Source of the DNA: Sphagnum compactum
Taxonomy: Eukaryota
DNA length: 64,000 nucleotides
NCBI GenBank assembly: GCA_965153455.1
Contig: OZ234493.1
Span: 19,768,213-19,832,212, forward strand
Direction: 5' to 3'
Made by a program: the position numbers and the translations under genes. The notes below the pieces were generated by a model. The model made no database searches and was not told the origin of the DNA. It worked only from the letters and a program-made list of their open reading frames with translations. Positions 27,917 through 42,689 of the stretch are shown here, piece after piece. Position 1 is the stretch's first letter. Each line of letters begins with the position of its first letter.

Positions 27917-29451
27917 TCTAATTGAACTGGGGTTTATGCAAAAACACAACAAGAAAGAAAGAAAGATCTAGGTATAGAGTCAATGGATGAAATTTTGTAG
28001 CAAGTTATGGTAGCTAGGTGCAATCACACACAGATGAGGCAAAAACCACGTCAAATTTCAATGAAAACTACAAATAATTATAAATATTTTTATGTATGGC
28101 TATTTGAAAATCAATGCATTGATGGGAGTTAGCTCGTTGCTCCTAGTCATTTTGAAGGTAAGTATGGTTTTGATACTTTGTGTGTGAAGGTTACAAGGTT
28201 ATGATCACAATCTGTCTTGTTGTGCTTGTTTTCCGTTTTAGCATTTGCAAGGTTATAAGTTATGACCGCAATCCTTCTTGTTGTGCTCATTTTGGGTTTG
28301 AGGTGTTACACAATGTTATGACCACAATCATTCTTGTTGTACTCATTTTCAGTTATAGGCACTCGCAAGGGTATGATCACAATCATTCTCCTTGTGTTCA
28401 TTTTGGGTTTGTTGGAATTGACTCAACAATTATCAACTACTTGTTATTGTGTAGGTTTTTACAATTGCATACATGTGTATGTGCATACGTTGTTTTATTT
28501 TTTCATGTTTGTTTACAAGTGGTGCTAATTAATTGTCAATATTGTTCATAGTTATTTTATTCACTATGTTATCATGTATGAATATAATTTATATTTTATT
28601 TTTTTTATAATTTTAAATTGTTAATGTGAAAATTAAAATTATTTTTAACTTTAATTACACAATGCATTATAATGAGTTAATCATTTTTTTAACATCTTTT
28701 CAACTATCAACATCATATATGAGTTGAACCATTAACTTTTAACTTGTTGAAATCATTATTTATGAATTATATTTTATATTTTTCATAATTAAATAAAATA
28801 CATGTAACAATTTAAAATTGACATTTATATTGGAACAAAGTAATATTTTTTCACATATCTTTAATTATCAACATGTACATGAGTTGAATCGTTCGCTTTT
28901 AACTTGTTAAAAGCATAACTCACAAATTGCATCTTATATTTATTAGATTATATTAAACACATGCAATTAATGTTCTGCAATTATATTTGAATGTTTTTTT
29001 TTTAAAAATTCGCATTTTTTGAACTATCAACATTTTTACATGAGTTAAATCATTCACTTTGAACTTATTGAAACCATTATTCAAATATTGCATATTGAAC
29101 TTATTAATATATGTATTGAAACACACGTAGCAACTTAATGTTTCACATTTATATTTGAACATATCAATGATTCATTTCACATTTTTTGAACTATTAACAT
29201 TTGCACATGATTTGAATATTCACTTTGAATGTGTTAAATTCATTATTAAATTTATCCGTGTTCATCACAATTTTTTGAAATGGATGTATAAAAATTTGAC
29301 GAGTTTCATATTTATATTTGAATGGGTTAATGATTATGTCAAAATGTTCATGCATCAAAGTATAGGATGCATGTAAACCTTTAAATTATATTTTTTTCAT
29401 ATTTAAAATTCTTATACATATATGTAAATTAGAATGTATGTTTTCCCCTAG
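27917..29451 (+). mobile_element. Probable non-autonomous Helitron with internal minisatellites
   Basis: A|TC at 27916/27917 and CTAG|T at 29448-29452, with an eroded subterminal hairpin (ACATATAT..ATGTATGT). Internal ~60-bp tandem array at 28190-28415 and ~160-bp array at 28700-29250. Confidence 0.4.
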
Positions 29452-29553
29452 TTTGCTTAAAGCATCATGGACAAGTTTTTTATTATGAATGTTCATGATG
29501 CCACACCAAAAAACACCAAAAATAACACCTAATTTTGTTTCCCATTTTCTTTT

Positions 29554-31653
29554 CACTAGTAAGGATGTGTCCCTAATCTACTAGGAGTTTCACTAACCAT
29601 TTAGGTGAAATCATTGCTAATTTGTAATTTAGAAATCTACTAAATTCACCAAACACCTAGTGATTGGTGACAAGTTGGAATGAACAAGGGAATTCACTAA
29701 GAATTAATCAATTTAGAAACTACCACATGGTATTTAGTCGAAATGTCATTTCACATCTATGTGCATGTGTGTTTTTATTTTCCCTAACCTACTTACACAC
29801 ACGTTTCTTCTAATTTGTTTATAAATTTTCTTTGGGTGAATGGAATTGGTAGAAGTTTTATAATGAGCTCAAGTACATTGTGAGCATTGGAGTCACAATG
29901 GCTAGCACAGCCATCGTCGTGAACCAAGAGTTGACGAAGTCGAAAGTCGAAGGCGTGGCAATGGAGGTGGCCCGAATGGGCCACCGGATTGACCATATGG
30001 ACAAGAAGTTCAAGCGAATGGAAAAAAAGATGGAAGAATAGTTGATTCAAATATTTGGTATTAATTCTTGGCCCTAGAGTCGTCGGTGTCGATGACGAAT
30101 TGTTGTTGCCACCCCCAAAAGTAAGTTTTTAAACCAATTTTCAACTTCAAGCAATGACCATATGGACAAGAAATTCAACCGAATGGAAACAAAGATGGAC
30201 ACGAAGTTCAACCGAATGGAAACAATATTTGGTATTAATTCTTGGCCCTAGAGTCATTGGTGTTGGTGACGAATTACTTTTGCCAACCCCAAAAGTAAGT
30301 TTTTAAACCAATTTTCCAACTTCAAGCAATGAGATCTTTTGCACTCTAGAGTAAGTTTTTGTACTGATTTGAGATTTTAAATATTATATTTAATATTAAT
30401 TCGAATTTTTCAATTTATATTCTTCATAAAAATAACATATATACATACGGTCGACATACAACGCAATGAAAAAAAAATTAAGTTGAATTTTAAAGATTTT
30501 ACCAAGATGTACACATCTTTAATAATTTTAAGTAAAAAACCTATTCAATTTTACTGAAAATGCATTTCAATCTTGCAATTGAATACATTTCAACAATGAT
30601 GTCTTGAAGATTTTTCCTTTTTTAAAACCATTACTATCTTTCTCATATTTTGTCCAAATGAAAAACTTTAAATTTCATTTCAGAAGATTTTTCCAAAATG
30701 TACAAATCTTTAACATTTTCAAGAAAAAAAATATTTAATTTGACTGAAAATACATTTGAAACTTGCAATTTAATGCATTTCAACAATGGTCTTTCGAAGT
30801 TTTTCTTTTCTTTAATCATTTTTTTTTCATACTTTGTCCAAATGAAAAAAATTAAATTTCAATACATATATATCCAAGATTTACACACATAAAAATATTT
30901 TAAGAAAATAAAAATTGATTAATTGACTGAAAATGCATTTAATTTTTTTATTTAATACATTTCAACAATATGTTTTTAAGATTGTATTTTTTCAAATAAC
31001 ATAATTTGTCAATGAGTTTATTTTTAAAACCCAATGGTTTTTTCCCAAATATTTGATTTTTGATCATGATTTATAATATTAGATTGCATCTCTTCACATT
31101 TTAAATGTATATTAATCAATATAAATTATATAAAACTTTTATTATATTAATCATAATTATTTAATAATTTAATTAAATGTGTAATATTTGAGTTATTATA
31201 CACATAATAAATTTTTTTTAAATGCTTTGTAATGTTATATAAAATATTAACATTATATGTAAACTTCATAATTATTAGTTTATACACATGTAATGTTTTT
31301 AGTATTGTAATTTATTAAAGTTTATTTTGAGGAATATTTTCATCTAATTTTTTGGAAAGGTTTTTTTTATTCATGAAAATAATTTTAATACAAATTGTAA
31401 CATGTTTTGAAAGTTCTATGAATATCAAATCTTTTAATAAATTAATAAATACTTAAATTCAAAAAATGTCATATTTCTACTGATTTATAAATAATTTGAA
31501 TAAAAAAAAAACGAACCTTAATGAATTAGGTGTAAATGATTTCACCAATGGTGAAATTGCATTAAGCTAAAACACTAGCTAGTGAATTCAATTCACTTTT
31601 AAGGTCTTTTAATGAAATGGGTTAGTGAATTGTATTCATGTTTCTTAGTAGTG
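29554..31653. mobile_element. Non-autonomous CACTA (En/Spm) DNA transposon, ~2.1 kb
   Basis: TIRs CACTAGTAAGGA (29554) and TTCTTAGTAGTG (ends 31653; revcomp CACTACTAAGAA, 10/12 match). Clustered subterminal TTCACTAA/TTAGTGAA repeats at both ends. Flanks TTT and CTT form an imperfect 3-bp TSD. Confidence 0.7.
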
Positions 31654-32749
31654 CTTGGTGTATGAAAAAATAATTTACGTACAATAGATGTATTTCCTAA
31701 AGAAGAGAAAGGAAAGGGCACTTCATGCACAAATCATAACTATTAAGCAATTTTTGTCTTCCTTCTGTGGGTGGATAGAGCATATACGTATATAAAATGT
31801 TGGACCATGGGAATTGTAAGATAATGTTCAACACAATGTTCGTGCAAACTAATTATAGTAATTGTGAAATGTGGTCCCAAGCAACATGAACATTAACATC
31901 AACTCTTAAATGTTTAAATCTAAATATAGTGAAGTCAAGAATTATTATAATCCAGCAACATTGAGATGTTGCATGCACAAAATATACAATAATGGTTCAT
32001 TCCATGATCACATCTTAATTCTTGGTCTTGTCAAACTTCCAACAATGAAATTGAATTGTCAACCCATGCTTAACAATTGAATTGTCACAATTATGATAAG
32101 GAAATATTTGTATTTTTGAAAATGCTGTTTTCATAGCATGTCATGATTCCCCACGGCATTGAAGGAACTGTCACAATGATAAAGGCCAATACAAACTAGC
32201 ACATCACTTGGTCACATTATTCTCCACATGTAGTCACAATGCAAGTTCCAATTGCCACCAAATGAAAAGTTTGAAAATTCTTGAGAACAAATTTGTTCAC
32301 TATATATCTTAGCTTCTATTATATAACAATTATGTAGGTGAAAATATATGAACAATATGCTTTAATTTTACTTTTCTACAATGTATGCCATACTTTGTGC
32401 AAGGTCCTCCCAGCACACACATTCGAAACTTTTCAACGATGACAACATACCTATATGACTAGACATGCTCTAACTGAAAAGAACCATAATTAACTAGTGA
32501 AAAGAATGACTATTGGCATCACCAATAATCCATGCAAGAACAAACACCACCATCATAGCAATGAAATCAATTGACATCCCTAGCTATAATTATTCTCCCC
32601 ACAATCTTGGTAATGAACTATGTACGACTAATGTTTATCATTACATATGACTTATCATTATAATGAAAGATCATAAGAATATATGCAGTAGAATGTATTG
32701 CACCCAATAAAACTTATACTTTGTTTATTATAAAATTTAGTGTCAATTG

Positions 32750-33780
32750 TTACACTCGACAATATGAGACATTACATATGCTCTCCATTTCCATCACGCC
32801 TAACAAGACTTCTTGCTCCTTGAAGACGTGATCATCTTTCAACGTGCAAAGGTGGGACATAACATGATTGACATGCATTTTCACATTATAGCATTGCACA
32901 AAAACTTCCTCAAGTTTACTACCTTGACCCACCTTGGAAAGTCGATTCAAAGTTCTTTCTGCCTCAAACTCGTAGGATGAAAGCTCATCTCTGTTTTTAG
33001 GTGTCACAAGCCAGATACCAACAAAGGTTGGTTTGACTAATTCATGCATCCCACTACCCAGATATTTGTATCATTCTTTGAGGTCTTCTAAAACTTTGGC
33101 TGTCAAAGGTGGACTGAAAAATCGATACTTAAATGAAAAGGATTTGACCACACTTAAATCATGACATTGAAAACATTTCAACACATTCAAACCAAAATTT
33201 TCAGATGTTTCTTCATCCACGACAATTTCTCCATTGTTTGTTGTCTTGTTTGCACTCCCTATGAATTGAATGAAGGTTTTGAAACCTCTTTGAACTTGTG
33301 CCCCACATTGTAGTGTAAAGTTGTTTGAGTGTGTATAAGTGGTGTTGGCACTTGTCTTTGTTTATTTGAAGGTCTCCTTTAATCTAAAGCTTGCATAATC
33401 AAGTTTAAATACTCCAATATTTTTCAAAAAAACTATTATGGGAACCTGATACCATCCAAATGAATCACTCATTGTATTTATTGGTGCAACCTCCCCAATA
33501 TCAAATGTTGTTGTGGTAATGTGTATCTTTTTGTCATAGATGACTCCATCCATGTTTAACTTATAGTTGAAGTTGAACACAAGGGTGAGATCTATTGACA
33601 TATTGCCCAATTCTTGTGGTATGCATTTGGGATCAAATGAACCTCCGAGACCAAGGCGAACAATTACTCGATGTAACTTCCCAATGATTTTGTGATGGTT
33701 GACTTTGTGTGACTATTTTTTAGGAGGCAAAATCCCATCATTATCATCACCATCAATGGTGGAGTTTTGCCATCCTTGTA
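32750..33780 (-). pseudogene. Pseudogene of an uncharacterised beta-rich protein (~340 codons in one frame)
   Basis: Track ORFs 33362-33610 and 32750-33049 share one frame, which is open from ~33780 to 32750 except for three stops (33715-33713, 33364-33362, 33073-33071), each one C>T away from a sense codon. Confidence 0.65.
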
Positions 33781-34674
33781 AACAAGTAGTTCATGAACAA
33801 TGATATAATTGATTGAATGTTGGATGCACCCCCAATATTTTGTTTTGTACCATTCACTCTTCCGCTATTGGATCCTACTCTTCCATCCCCATCACATTGC
33901 TTATCCATGATAACATCCGTGACCTTCTACAACAATAAATATCGAGCATACAAGGGCAATCACTTTTTGGTTCAACATCTATGGAAAGGACATGAGTTGT
34001 TTGGGATTGATGCAACAAACTTACACCATATTTTGTTGCACTTTGTTCTATTGTCAAACACTCAATGTTTCGAGTTTTTTCAAGTTTTTTTCCTTCTTTA
34101 TTGACCCAACAATGTTTACTATGTTAAGATTGTGATATCATTACTTGTTAACTAATAACTCTTTGCAAGGTTAAGGTTGAATCTAAATTGTTTGTGAACA
34201 TCCAAGTACAGATTTTAGATGTTTGAAATGTTTTGTCATGTGGAGTTGATGCACATTAACATCATTAACACATACCTTAAAAAAAAATCTCCATTTGTTC
34301 CCAAACTTCACCCTTTGTCTTCAAAAATGTTAGTTGCATTATCCATTCTAAAATGTACATTTTCCAATGACACAATCTTGTTTGTGGTGATTACAAAATT
34401 TGAATGCCTTCAAGGGCCATATGAATTTACCAAAAACCCTTCCATCCCATGCACCAATTTTCCCACTTAAATTAATACATCTTCTATCAATGACATTGGG
34501 TACAAAGTCCCTACCTATTTACCTATGCTACATACCCACCTACATACCTAGTTGCCTAGATAATATGAGGTGTAAATAGGAAGGTTTACAAGATAGGTAA
34601 CCAAAGTGGAACCTACCTTGATGACTTAGTTTGTGGTTCCAAACAATGTTGGGCAATTATTGGAGTTTTTATAA

Positions 34675-35535
34675 CTTCCCATTCCAATTTTTTGATTTAT
34701 TTCAAAATCAAAGAACCTTCAATTTTATAATTAAAAAAAATTAAAGAATTGGTGGTTTTTACTAAATAACCAAAAATCATATAGAAGGTTATTTGATTAG
34801 ATTTTAGAATTTTTTTAAAAAGGTGGTTGTATACCATAAATGCTTCCCAAATTTTTGAAAATTGTGCTGTAATATATGACCAATAATTTTATTTTTGTGA
34901 GAATCATGATTATATATCTTTGAAATCATTCATTATTAGGTTTCATTTCTGATAACCACCCAACATTAGTTCCAACCACAACTAAGTCATAATGGGTTTC
35001 CAACGGACGATGCAATGGTGGGTACAAGTGGATTTTTCTCCCAAATTTTTTTTCATTTTTTTCAAAAAAAGTTCGAATATTTTTGAAATTTTTCTTCTGG
35101 TGTAAATTTGACTAATTTAGCAAATTTCTTGGATTTTTTTTGCCAAAATGTCAAGATCACAAAATTGTAGAGAAAAAACCCTAGTGGGTGGGTGGGTGTT
35201 GGATATGTAATCGTTTAAAACCCAAGAATTTCAAACCCAAAAAAACTCAATTTAAATTTGATGTTCGTCAACAAACCTAGAATTAAATAAATTGAAAACT
35301 AATGAAAAGTGAGCTCCAAAGTCCAGACTCCATACCCCCCAAAGTCTTATGATGATGACTCAGAGACTTCAGATGCAAATGCAACAGACAAAAATACCCA
35401 AAATCATAAAATAGGTATTTAGCTCACCATCACAATGGAGAGAGATACATAATTAATTAAAATAAATGAAGATTTCATGTTGAAAATAAAATATTCCTGA
35501 ATATTCCAAATTTTTTTTAAAAAATCCAAAAGAAA
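34675..35535. repeat. Local segmental duplication, copy 1 (partner 48860-49620)
   Basis: 34675-35310 matches the reverse complement of ~48860-49487; 35424-35535 matches 49498-49620 in direct orientation. Confidence 0.85.
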
Positions 35536-38500
35536 TTTTATTGAAAATAATATTCAAATTTAATTTTTTTGTTTCTAAACATCATTTATAATATTATTAT
35601 TTAAATTATATAATGAAATTATCAATATTTTTTACTTATTTTAATTTTAAAACATGATTTATTAATTTTGTTAAGTTTTTTTTGTTAAAAATTTGTGTTT
35701 AAATATTTAAAGTTGAATTTTCAATTTTATTTTTAAAATTAAAATAAATAATAAACAATGATTATAATCATTATATCAATATTATTTTATCTTTTTTTTT
35801 TCTCAATTTTGTGGTGTTTTTCAATACTATCCAGACACAAAAATTGCCATGTTTTGGTTATAGACCATATATGGATGTACAATTTGTGAAAATATTTTTA
35901 TATTTTGTTACAATTCTGGAACCCATTCTGAAATGAAATCATTTTTTATCAAAAAACTAAAAATTTAACTTAAAATTCCCTTTGTTGATGTTGATGGCAC
36001 CTTTTTATGTTTGCAAAATGGTATAAATTCACCAAAAAAAAAATTTGATTACATCATTAATATGTTTTAAAAAATTTCAAAAAAATTGGATAAGGTTTAT
36101 TATGATCTGAAAGATTAAACTTAAAATGTTCAAATAAATTTCATGTTCGAATTGTTTATGTGTTTAAAGTTGAAATTATTAGAATTACTTTTATTTTTTA
36201 TTTATTAGAAGTAATTTTTTTTCTTTCAATTTTTTATTTTTTATTTTTTGGCAGTTTTTTGTTCTTTACATTTTTCCACGAATTTGCATTACTATTTCCA
36301 TTTTTTTCCCAAGAAGAATTGCCAAATTAAAAAATTTTGAAACAAAAAAAATAAAATGTTGACTTGGGGGAGGGGGGGGGGGGGCAAGGTAATTCAACTA
36401 TTTTTGTGTGTGTGTGTGTGTGTATTGACAAAAATAAAAACTTGACATTCTACAAAAAAATGGACATATTTTATGTAATAAAATAACATTGTTATTGAAT
36501 GCATTCTTGAAGTCACATTGAATTTACAAAAATTGTAGGTCAATTTAAACAAAATTATATTTGTTGATTTGTTCATGACATGCTATTTTAAGTGATTTTT
36601 TAAACCTTTTAAATTGAATATTTATAATTATTATTTTTTTGAATATATTATTGAATAAGCTTCAAGATCATGTCTTCATGTGTAGCATTTCAATAAATTT
36701 TGAAAAAAAAACATATGTTAAAATTTGAATTTTTAAAATAATTTGTGACAAATATAATAAAATTAAACTTTTTCCCTTTTGTAAATAAGGTCTTGAAGTA
36801 GTTTGGTGGTTACACTAGTGTTGGGTGGGTATCACAAATACCCCTAAACATCACCCAAGCATCCTAAACCTAATCCCTGTAAGGTATCACCATGAATGAT
36901 ACCCTAACTGAAAATTAAATTATCGATTTTCACTTATGTGAGAACTAGATGTGAGAACTAGTTTTTTAAAAAAGAACCAAAAAAATCTAAGAATTGAGTA
37001 AGGTCTACCTTTTACTTAGGTCAAGGTCTCAAGGTTTAGCCACCATCAAAAATTAGTACAAGCAATGAGAAAAAAATTATAAGCATCAAACTTAATTATG
37101 TTTCTATGCAAAATGGGACAACATTTTACTTACTACATCTTGTTGAACCATGGGTTTGAACTTTGGAGGTATGGTGTACTTTCATCACAAGACCCACATC
37201 AAAATTTGCCTATCAAGTCTAATTTGCCTTGGGAGATGGGAGATCCAAAGGAGGGCAAATATTTGGTGGTAGGTACTTATTAATGGTAGGCTAGGTCAAA
37301 TGGTAATGATGTTTAGAAAGTTTATTTTAAATGATGATTTATATTTAAAATCTTTCAAAAACCTTGAAAGGTGCAAACTTTTTAAGGTGTACCAAAATCT
37401 TGGCACAACATCACCCTTTTTTATCTTTTTTATCTAGTCCTTTTTTATCATGTAAAAACACATTTATGGATGATTATGATGGATTCTATAATTGTAATAG
37501 TTTAAAATATAATCCTTCTAAAATTTTTGACAACTTTTGATTCATTATTTTTTATAAAGATCAAAATATAAGGTAAAAAGGATTGCAGTAAGGACTAGGC
37601 CCTTTTCGTCCCGTGGGGTGCACCTTAAAGGATTTTCACCCTGAACCAAAGGTCCTTTGATTTTGAATTCTTTCAAAAAGCTAAAGTTATTGTTTACAAA
37701 AAATCAAATCAATAAATTTTTTTTAATTTTTTAATTTTTTCAATTTAAAAATATAAAGTAATACATGGTTTGTGATGATTGGTGAAGGATAATCGACTAT
37801 TCTCAAATTTTCGAAAACTGGCATTGTGAAAATTAGTTTAAATTTTTTTTAGAAATGTTGATACCCTTGTTTGGCATAGAAGTTTTATAAAAAAAAAATT
37901 GGGGAAAATTAAACCCTTTTATAAATTATTTTGTGAAAATCAGACCAAATGGGTATCATAAAATTGTGATAACCGCTCAACATTGGTTAAAACCTTGGTG
38001 CATTTCCTTACGGTCTTTGGTTCAAACCTTGATGGATGCGTGCACCAAGGTAACTTGTACAAATGTAGTATACAAAATCATATTTTATTAATTAATTATG
38101 ATATAAATTTTTTATGTATGTACTTATATAGTATTAAGCTTAATTTTTAGAAATATTACAATAATTTTTTTAAATGATGTCAAAATAGGATAAACTTTGT
38201 GTAATCTTATTAACACCCACAATTGATGGGACAATGCCATGCATCACCACGATTTTTGCCCCATTAAAGTTTTGAAACTTGTGTTTCATTGTGACAAGAT
38301 TAGTGGATACTAACAAGGCTTTGGATTCTTGAATTTATATTGCGTGTGCCATTATTGACTTTTAATGAATTGTTCAAAATGACAACCAATGGTTTGTAGA
38401 TGGACTTGGCTCCTTGAATGGATTTTGAGGGTGAAACGCATGTCACATAACACCATCTCCCAAACAAAAACACTATAACATGATTGCCAAGACAAATCCC

Positions 38501-41500
38501 ATGGATGATTTGTGAGATTTTGTATGAATTGAATAAAATCATATGATATGATATTTGGAGGATGATAATACCAAAATATAAAACTTCAAAAAATAAACTC
38601 CACAAATCGTGATAAGCCCCTTTTTCTTAATAGTATTTGAAAAAAAATCATGAACTTTGGATAGTACTTGTGCAAAGCCTAAGATTTTGAAATAACATCT
38701 ATACCTCGTACGATTGTTGGGAAAGTTTCATGTTATTTCTTTCTTTAAATGCTTGTGATTCTAGAGGATATGTCCAAGTGCAATTAGTTCACATAAGTTC
38801 ACATAGATTGGATTTTCAAGTTCCATTTTACTTGTTTGCATGTATATTCAGATGGACACATGCATTCAAATGAGAGATCTCATATCCTTAGATTTGATGC
38901 CAATTTATGTCATTTAGTATGGTGAATACTTGCGTTGATAATTTTCATTCTATGTTATTTTGGTAATATTTGCATTGGTTGCAAAAACCTTGAAGAATCC
39001 ATCATCACAAAACAATTTCAATACTTGTCCTTTTTTGATACACAAAAGTTGAACTAAATTCATCAATCAATCAAAGAATAAAATTCAAAACCTTTAAAAT
39101 ATGGGAAAGTTCCAATATTGATTAGGTTTTCAAATATTTTAATCCATGCAATGTAATTCATTTCAGTTCTTTAAATAATAAGGGAAAATATTTTATGATT
39201 CATATTTGTCAAAAAGTTAAACATGACTCAAATATAAAGTCTAATCAACAATCATCTCTAGATTCCAAAAGTAATCCATTGTCCCTTCTTATTATAATCC
39301 AATAAATTGCTTTAACAACAATAGACATGATTTTTTTAAAGTAATCTTGTGTTTTTTTATTCAAGTTCAATAGTGTTCTAAAACCCCCAAAATGGACTTG
39401 GCACAAACAATGTAATCTTGTTATAATTCTTTTTGGACATAAAATATATCCTCCAATTTTCACCATTTTAATGTTGAGTTGACAAGAGGTGGAAAGGGCA
39501 TTTATTCTAAAGGCAAAGTTATTATCAAATAATCACAAAAGCATCAAGACAATAAAGCTTAGTGGCCTTTAGGACATGTGACCATTATTCCTTATTTAAT
39601 TTGCTTAAATGGGGGCACAAATGGCTTTTATGGTAAAATGGAAGGAATGGATATTGAACATAAAATTAGGTACTAGTGTTCTTATAGAAATATAATGCCT
39701 TATTGCTTTATTCGATGTCCAAACTATCAACATTTTTTCAAACATAAAATCCAAAAAAAAAGACTTCCCTAAATTACTTTCCCTAAACTAAAAGGAAAAG
39801 TCATATGGTCCCTAGCTGTAAAACTTCAGATGATTAGGTACTTCTCCAACATTAGGACTCTTTGCAAGATCCTTCAAGCCTTTCTAGAAAGCAAGCGCAA
39901 CTATATTTGTTTGTGCCACTATATCTCTCTCCTATCATCCTAAACATGTAATAGAAATTTAATTACACGTTGAGTTTTTGCAATTGTTTCTGCAATCCAT
40001 GTTCGCATAATTGTAGAAACTCAACAGGTACTCGCAGACCATCCATAGCTCTTCCATACCATTAAATTATTAGGGCACAAATGGCAATGGCTATTCCATC
40101 CAATTTTCTTCCATTGTTTCATTATCAGAACTTGCCATCCTTAAATCTCCATATCATCAATATCATAAATTAATCAACTCAAGAAAAAAACTAGCAAATT
40201 ACTTGGACATGCATGGCATACTTGTACATATGCAAAGATTTCCAAAGCCACAACACAAGCCGCAGTTCATAACCAAGATCCTATTTGTTGTTGTTGCCAT
40301 AATGTTAATTTTAGATTCAATTCCATTTTTTTTGTGAATATTAGGTTAAACAACAAATCTTTGTTTCATCTTTGTCTTTTTTATGTTATGGCAAGTTACA
40401 ATCAGGTTTGGTGTTTTTGGATTAAGCAGAACAGAAATATCTAGTACTTTGAAAAGACTCAACACAATGGAAAAGTCAAGTGGGCTTTTTTCTTTGACCC
40501 TGATGGTATGTCTCAAAACGCATTGTTTTGTGTACAAAAGGAAATGGTCCAACCCATAACATAATAAACAAGTTTTTTTGTTGGAATCATTTTACTACAT
40601 TCCTCCAAGTTCTCAGTTAAAACTCAGTTAAACTCAATCTCAACACCTGATCCATCATTACAAGTTGGTGTGATACAACTACTTAGAATCTACCACTTGC
40701 TTTATGCAGTTGTTGTTCTTTGCACAATTTGCAATGTTTCCAACAAGTTTAAAGAACCAAAGAATGTTTCAATGGTTAATTTATTTTGTGTCATTGGATG
40801 AGGATGGCGGGAAATGGTGAGAAAGGTTGATAGTTGTTCCTTGGATAAATTTGAGTTGATGGTGTGGTGTGTCATGTGGATGGGGATTGATTGAATGTCA
40901 TTCTCCTAAATTTGTTGTGGAAATTAAGTTGTAGTTCATGTGATCAATGTATTACAAAGAATAGTTTAGAGATAGGAAATTGGCATGTTCCATCTTAAAG
41001 GCTACATGAGTTGTGGACTGTCTAAGCATAAAAGGCTATTGACATTTTCAAAAATGCCAGTGAACAAACTTTTAAGTATGCATGAGAAAACAAAGTTTTG
41101 CAAAGTTATTTGTTAAGCTTGTTTGACGATGTGTCAGAAATGGCAATCAACAGGTTTGAAATCTACATTGTGGTAGAGTTTTGCAAGGTCTAAATTGATA
41201 GTAATACCTTTAATTCTATTGGATTTGGTATTTCAACTTTGGATTTTTGGATTATCTTCCTCCATTGTAGCATATATGTATTGTGGTGATGACATTCAAG
41301 CATTTTTGAAATGTTTTTGTTGCACATGATGTTAATTTATATCTATGAAATCACAAAAATATGCTAAACAACAACACAACACTTTGAAGGTCGCCCATTG
41401 TGTCAATATTGTAAAAGACCTAGGACTAACACAATAAAGAAATGGGTGCAGCCATAATGTTACGAGTGTTTGTTTCTCGGTGTTAGGCCATCTTTCATCA

Positions 41501-42689
41501 TGAATAGTTTTGACAAACTACAATGATTTCTCACTAATTTTATCTATGCAAAAAAAAGAGGAATCTTACAATCTACCAGACACCAATAATGAATTTATGA
41601 GAATAGTGATGTCTCAATAAAAAACAGAAAAAATTGTGCTTCTTTTTATGTTTTTAAAGATCATTTATATATGTTGGAAGAAATATTTCTTAATTTTATA
41701 ATATGTATGCCATAATGATGTGATGATATATATTAAATGATTGTAACTTTTGATTGTATGAGAAGTTTAAAAATTATATGGTTAATAAATTGATGATCAA
41801 TGGGTAAAACAAGTCTAAACATGGTTCCTATCATGAACCTTTAGAAGTTAATTAAGTTTTAGGAAAGATATTTAATGTGTGTATCCCTATGAAACAATTG
41901 TGTAATTTGACACAAATTTCCATCAATTAAATACATATTGGTTATGTTTTTGAAATGAACATGTATGTTTATGAATAAGATGGTAATTTCATTTTTTCAA
42001 GTGTCATTCATAATAACTAAGACTAAGAATGGTTAAAATTAAAAACAAGGGGACTAGGGTAAAATCACCTATCATCGAACACATACTTATTGTCAAACAC
42101 TTTCCAATATTTTCCTTGTTCCTTAACCAAATTGAGCAATTTTTGTATCATTGCACACACAAATTAAAGGCTACAAATGTTCATTGAATCTCAAAAGTAA
42201 AAAACCAATGTAGAGGAGAATGAATGATAGTTTGCTTCAATTTTTTTGAAAAAATAGCTTTACACCCTCTCTAATTCTAGGCCCATATCTTCATCATTTT
42301 TAGTTTGTTTTGAATAATTAAAAACTTAATGGGTGCATCAAATAGGGCTTTCAAAAACTTTTTTGTATTCCAGAAGCAAAGATGTAATGATAAAATATTT
42401 TAAGCTTGAATCATAATCTATTTTAATTCATCCATCACCAACACTAAACTCCCTTACACCAACACCCCATATTTTCCCCATTCCTTCATTGAATTTAGAA
42501 TTTTTTGTGGCGGTGGAAGAACAAGCCAAAAGGCTACAAATGTTCTTTCAACTTCAAAAGCAAATTAATTTATCATTCAAGGTTGCCTAGGGTCTAAAGG
42601 TTTTGCGTGTGAAAGGTTTATGCTTGACAAATTTTAAGTTGTTCTACACAAATCTAGCAAAAATGTATAGTTTACACAAGTACCCACCA

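Noticed and set aside
28190-30330. Tandem arrays as a possible CRISPR-like locus
   Set aside because: Units are degenerate over their whole length with no unique spacers, in a eukaryotic TE context with no cas genes.
36000-42600. Short ORFs and faint coding-like patches in the AT-rich block
   Set aside because: Too decayed to assign a family by eye; probably old TE debris.
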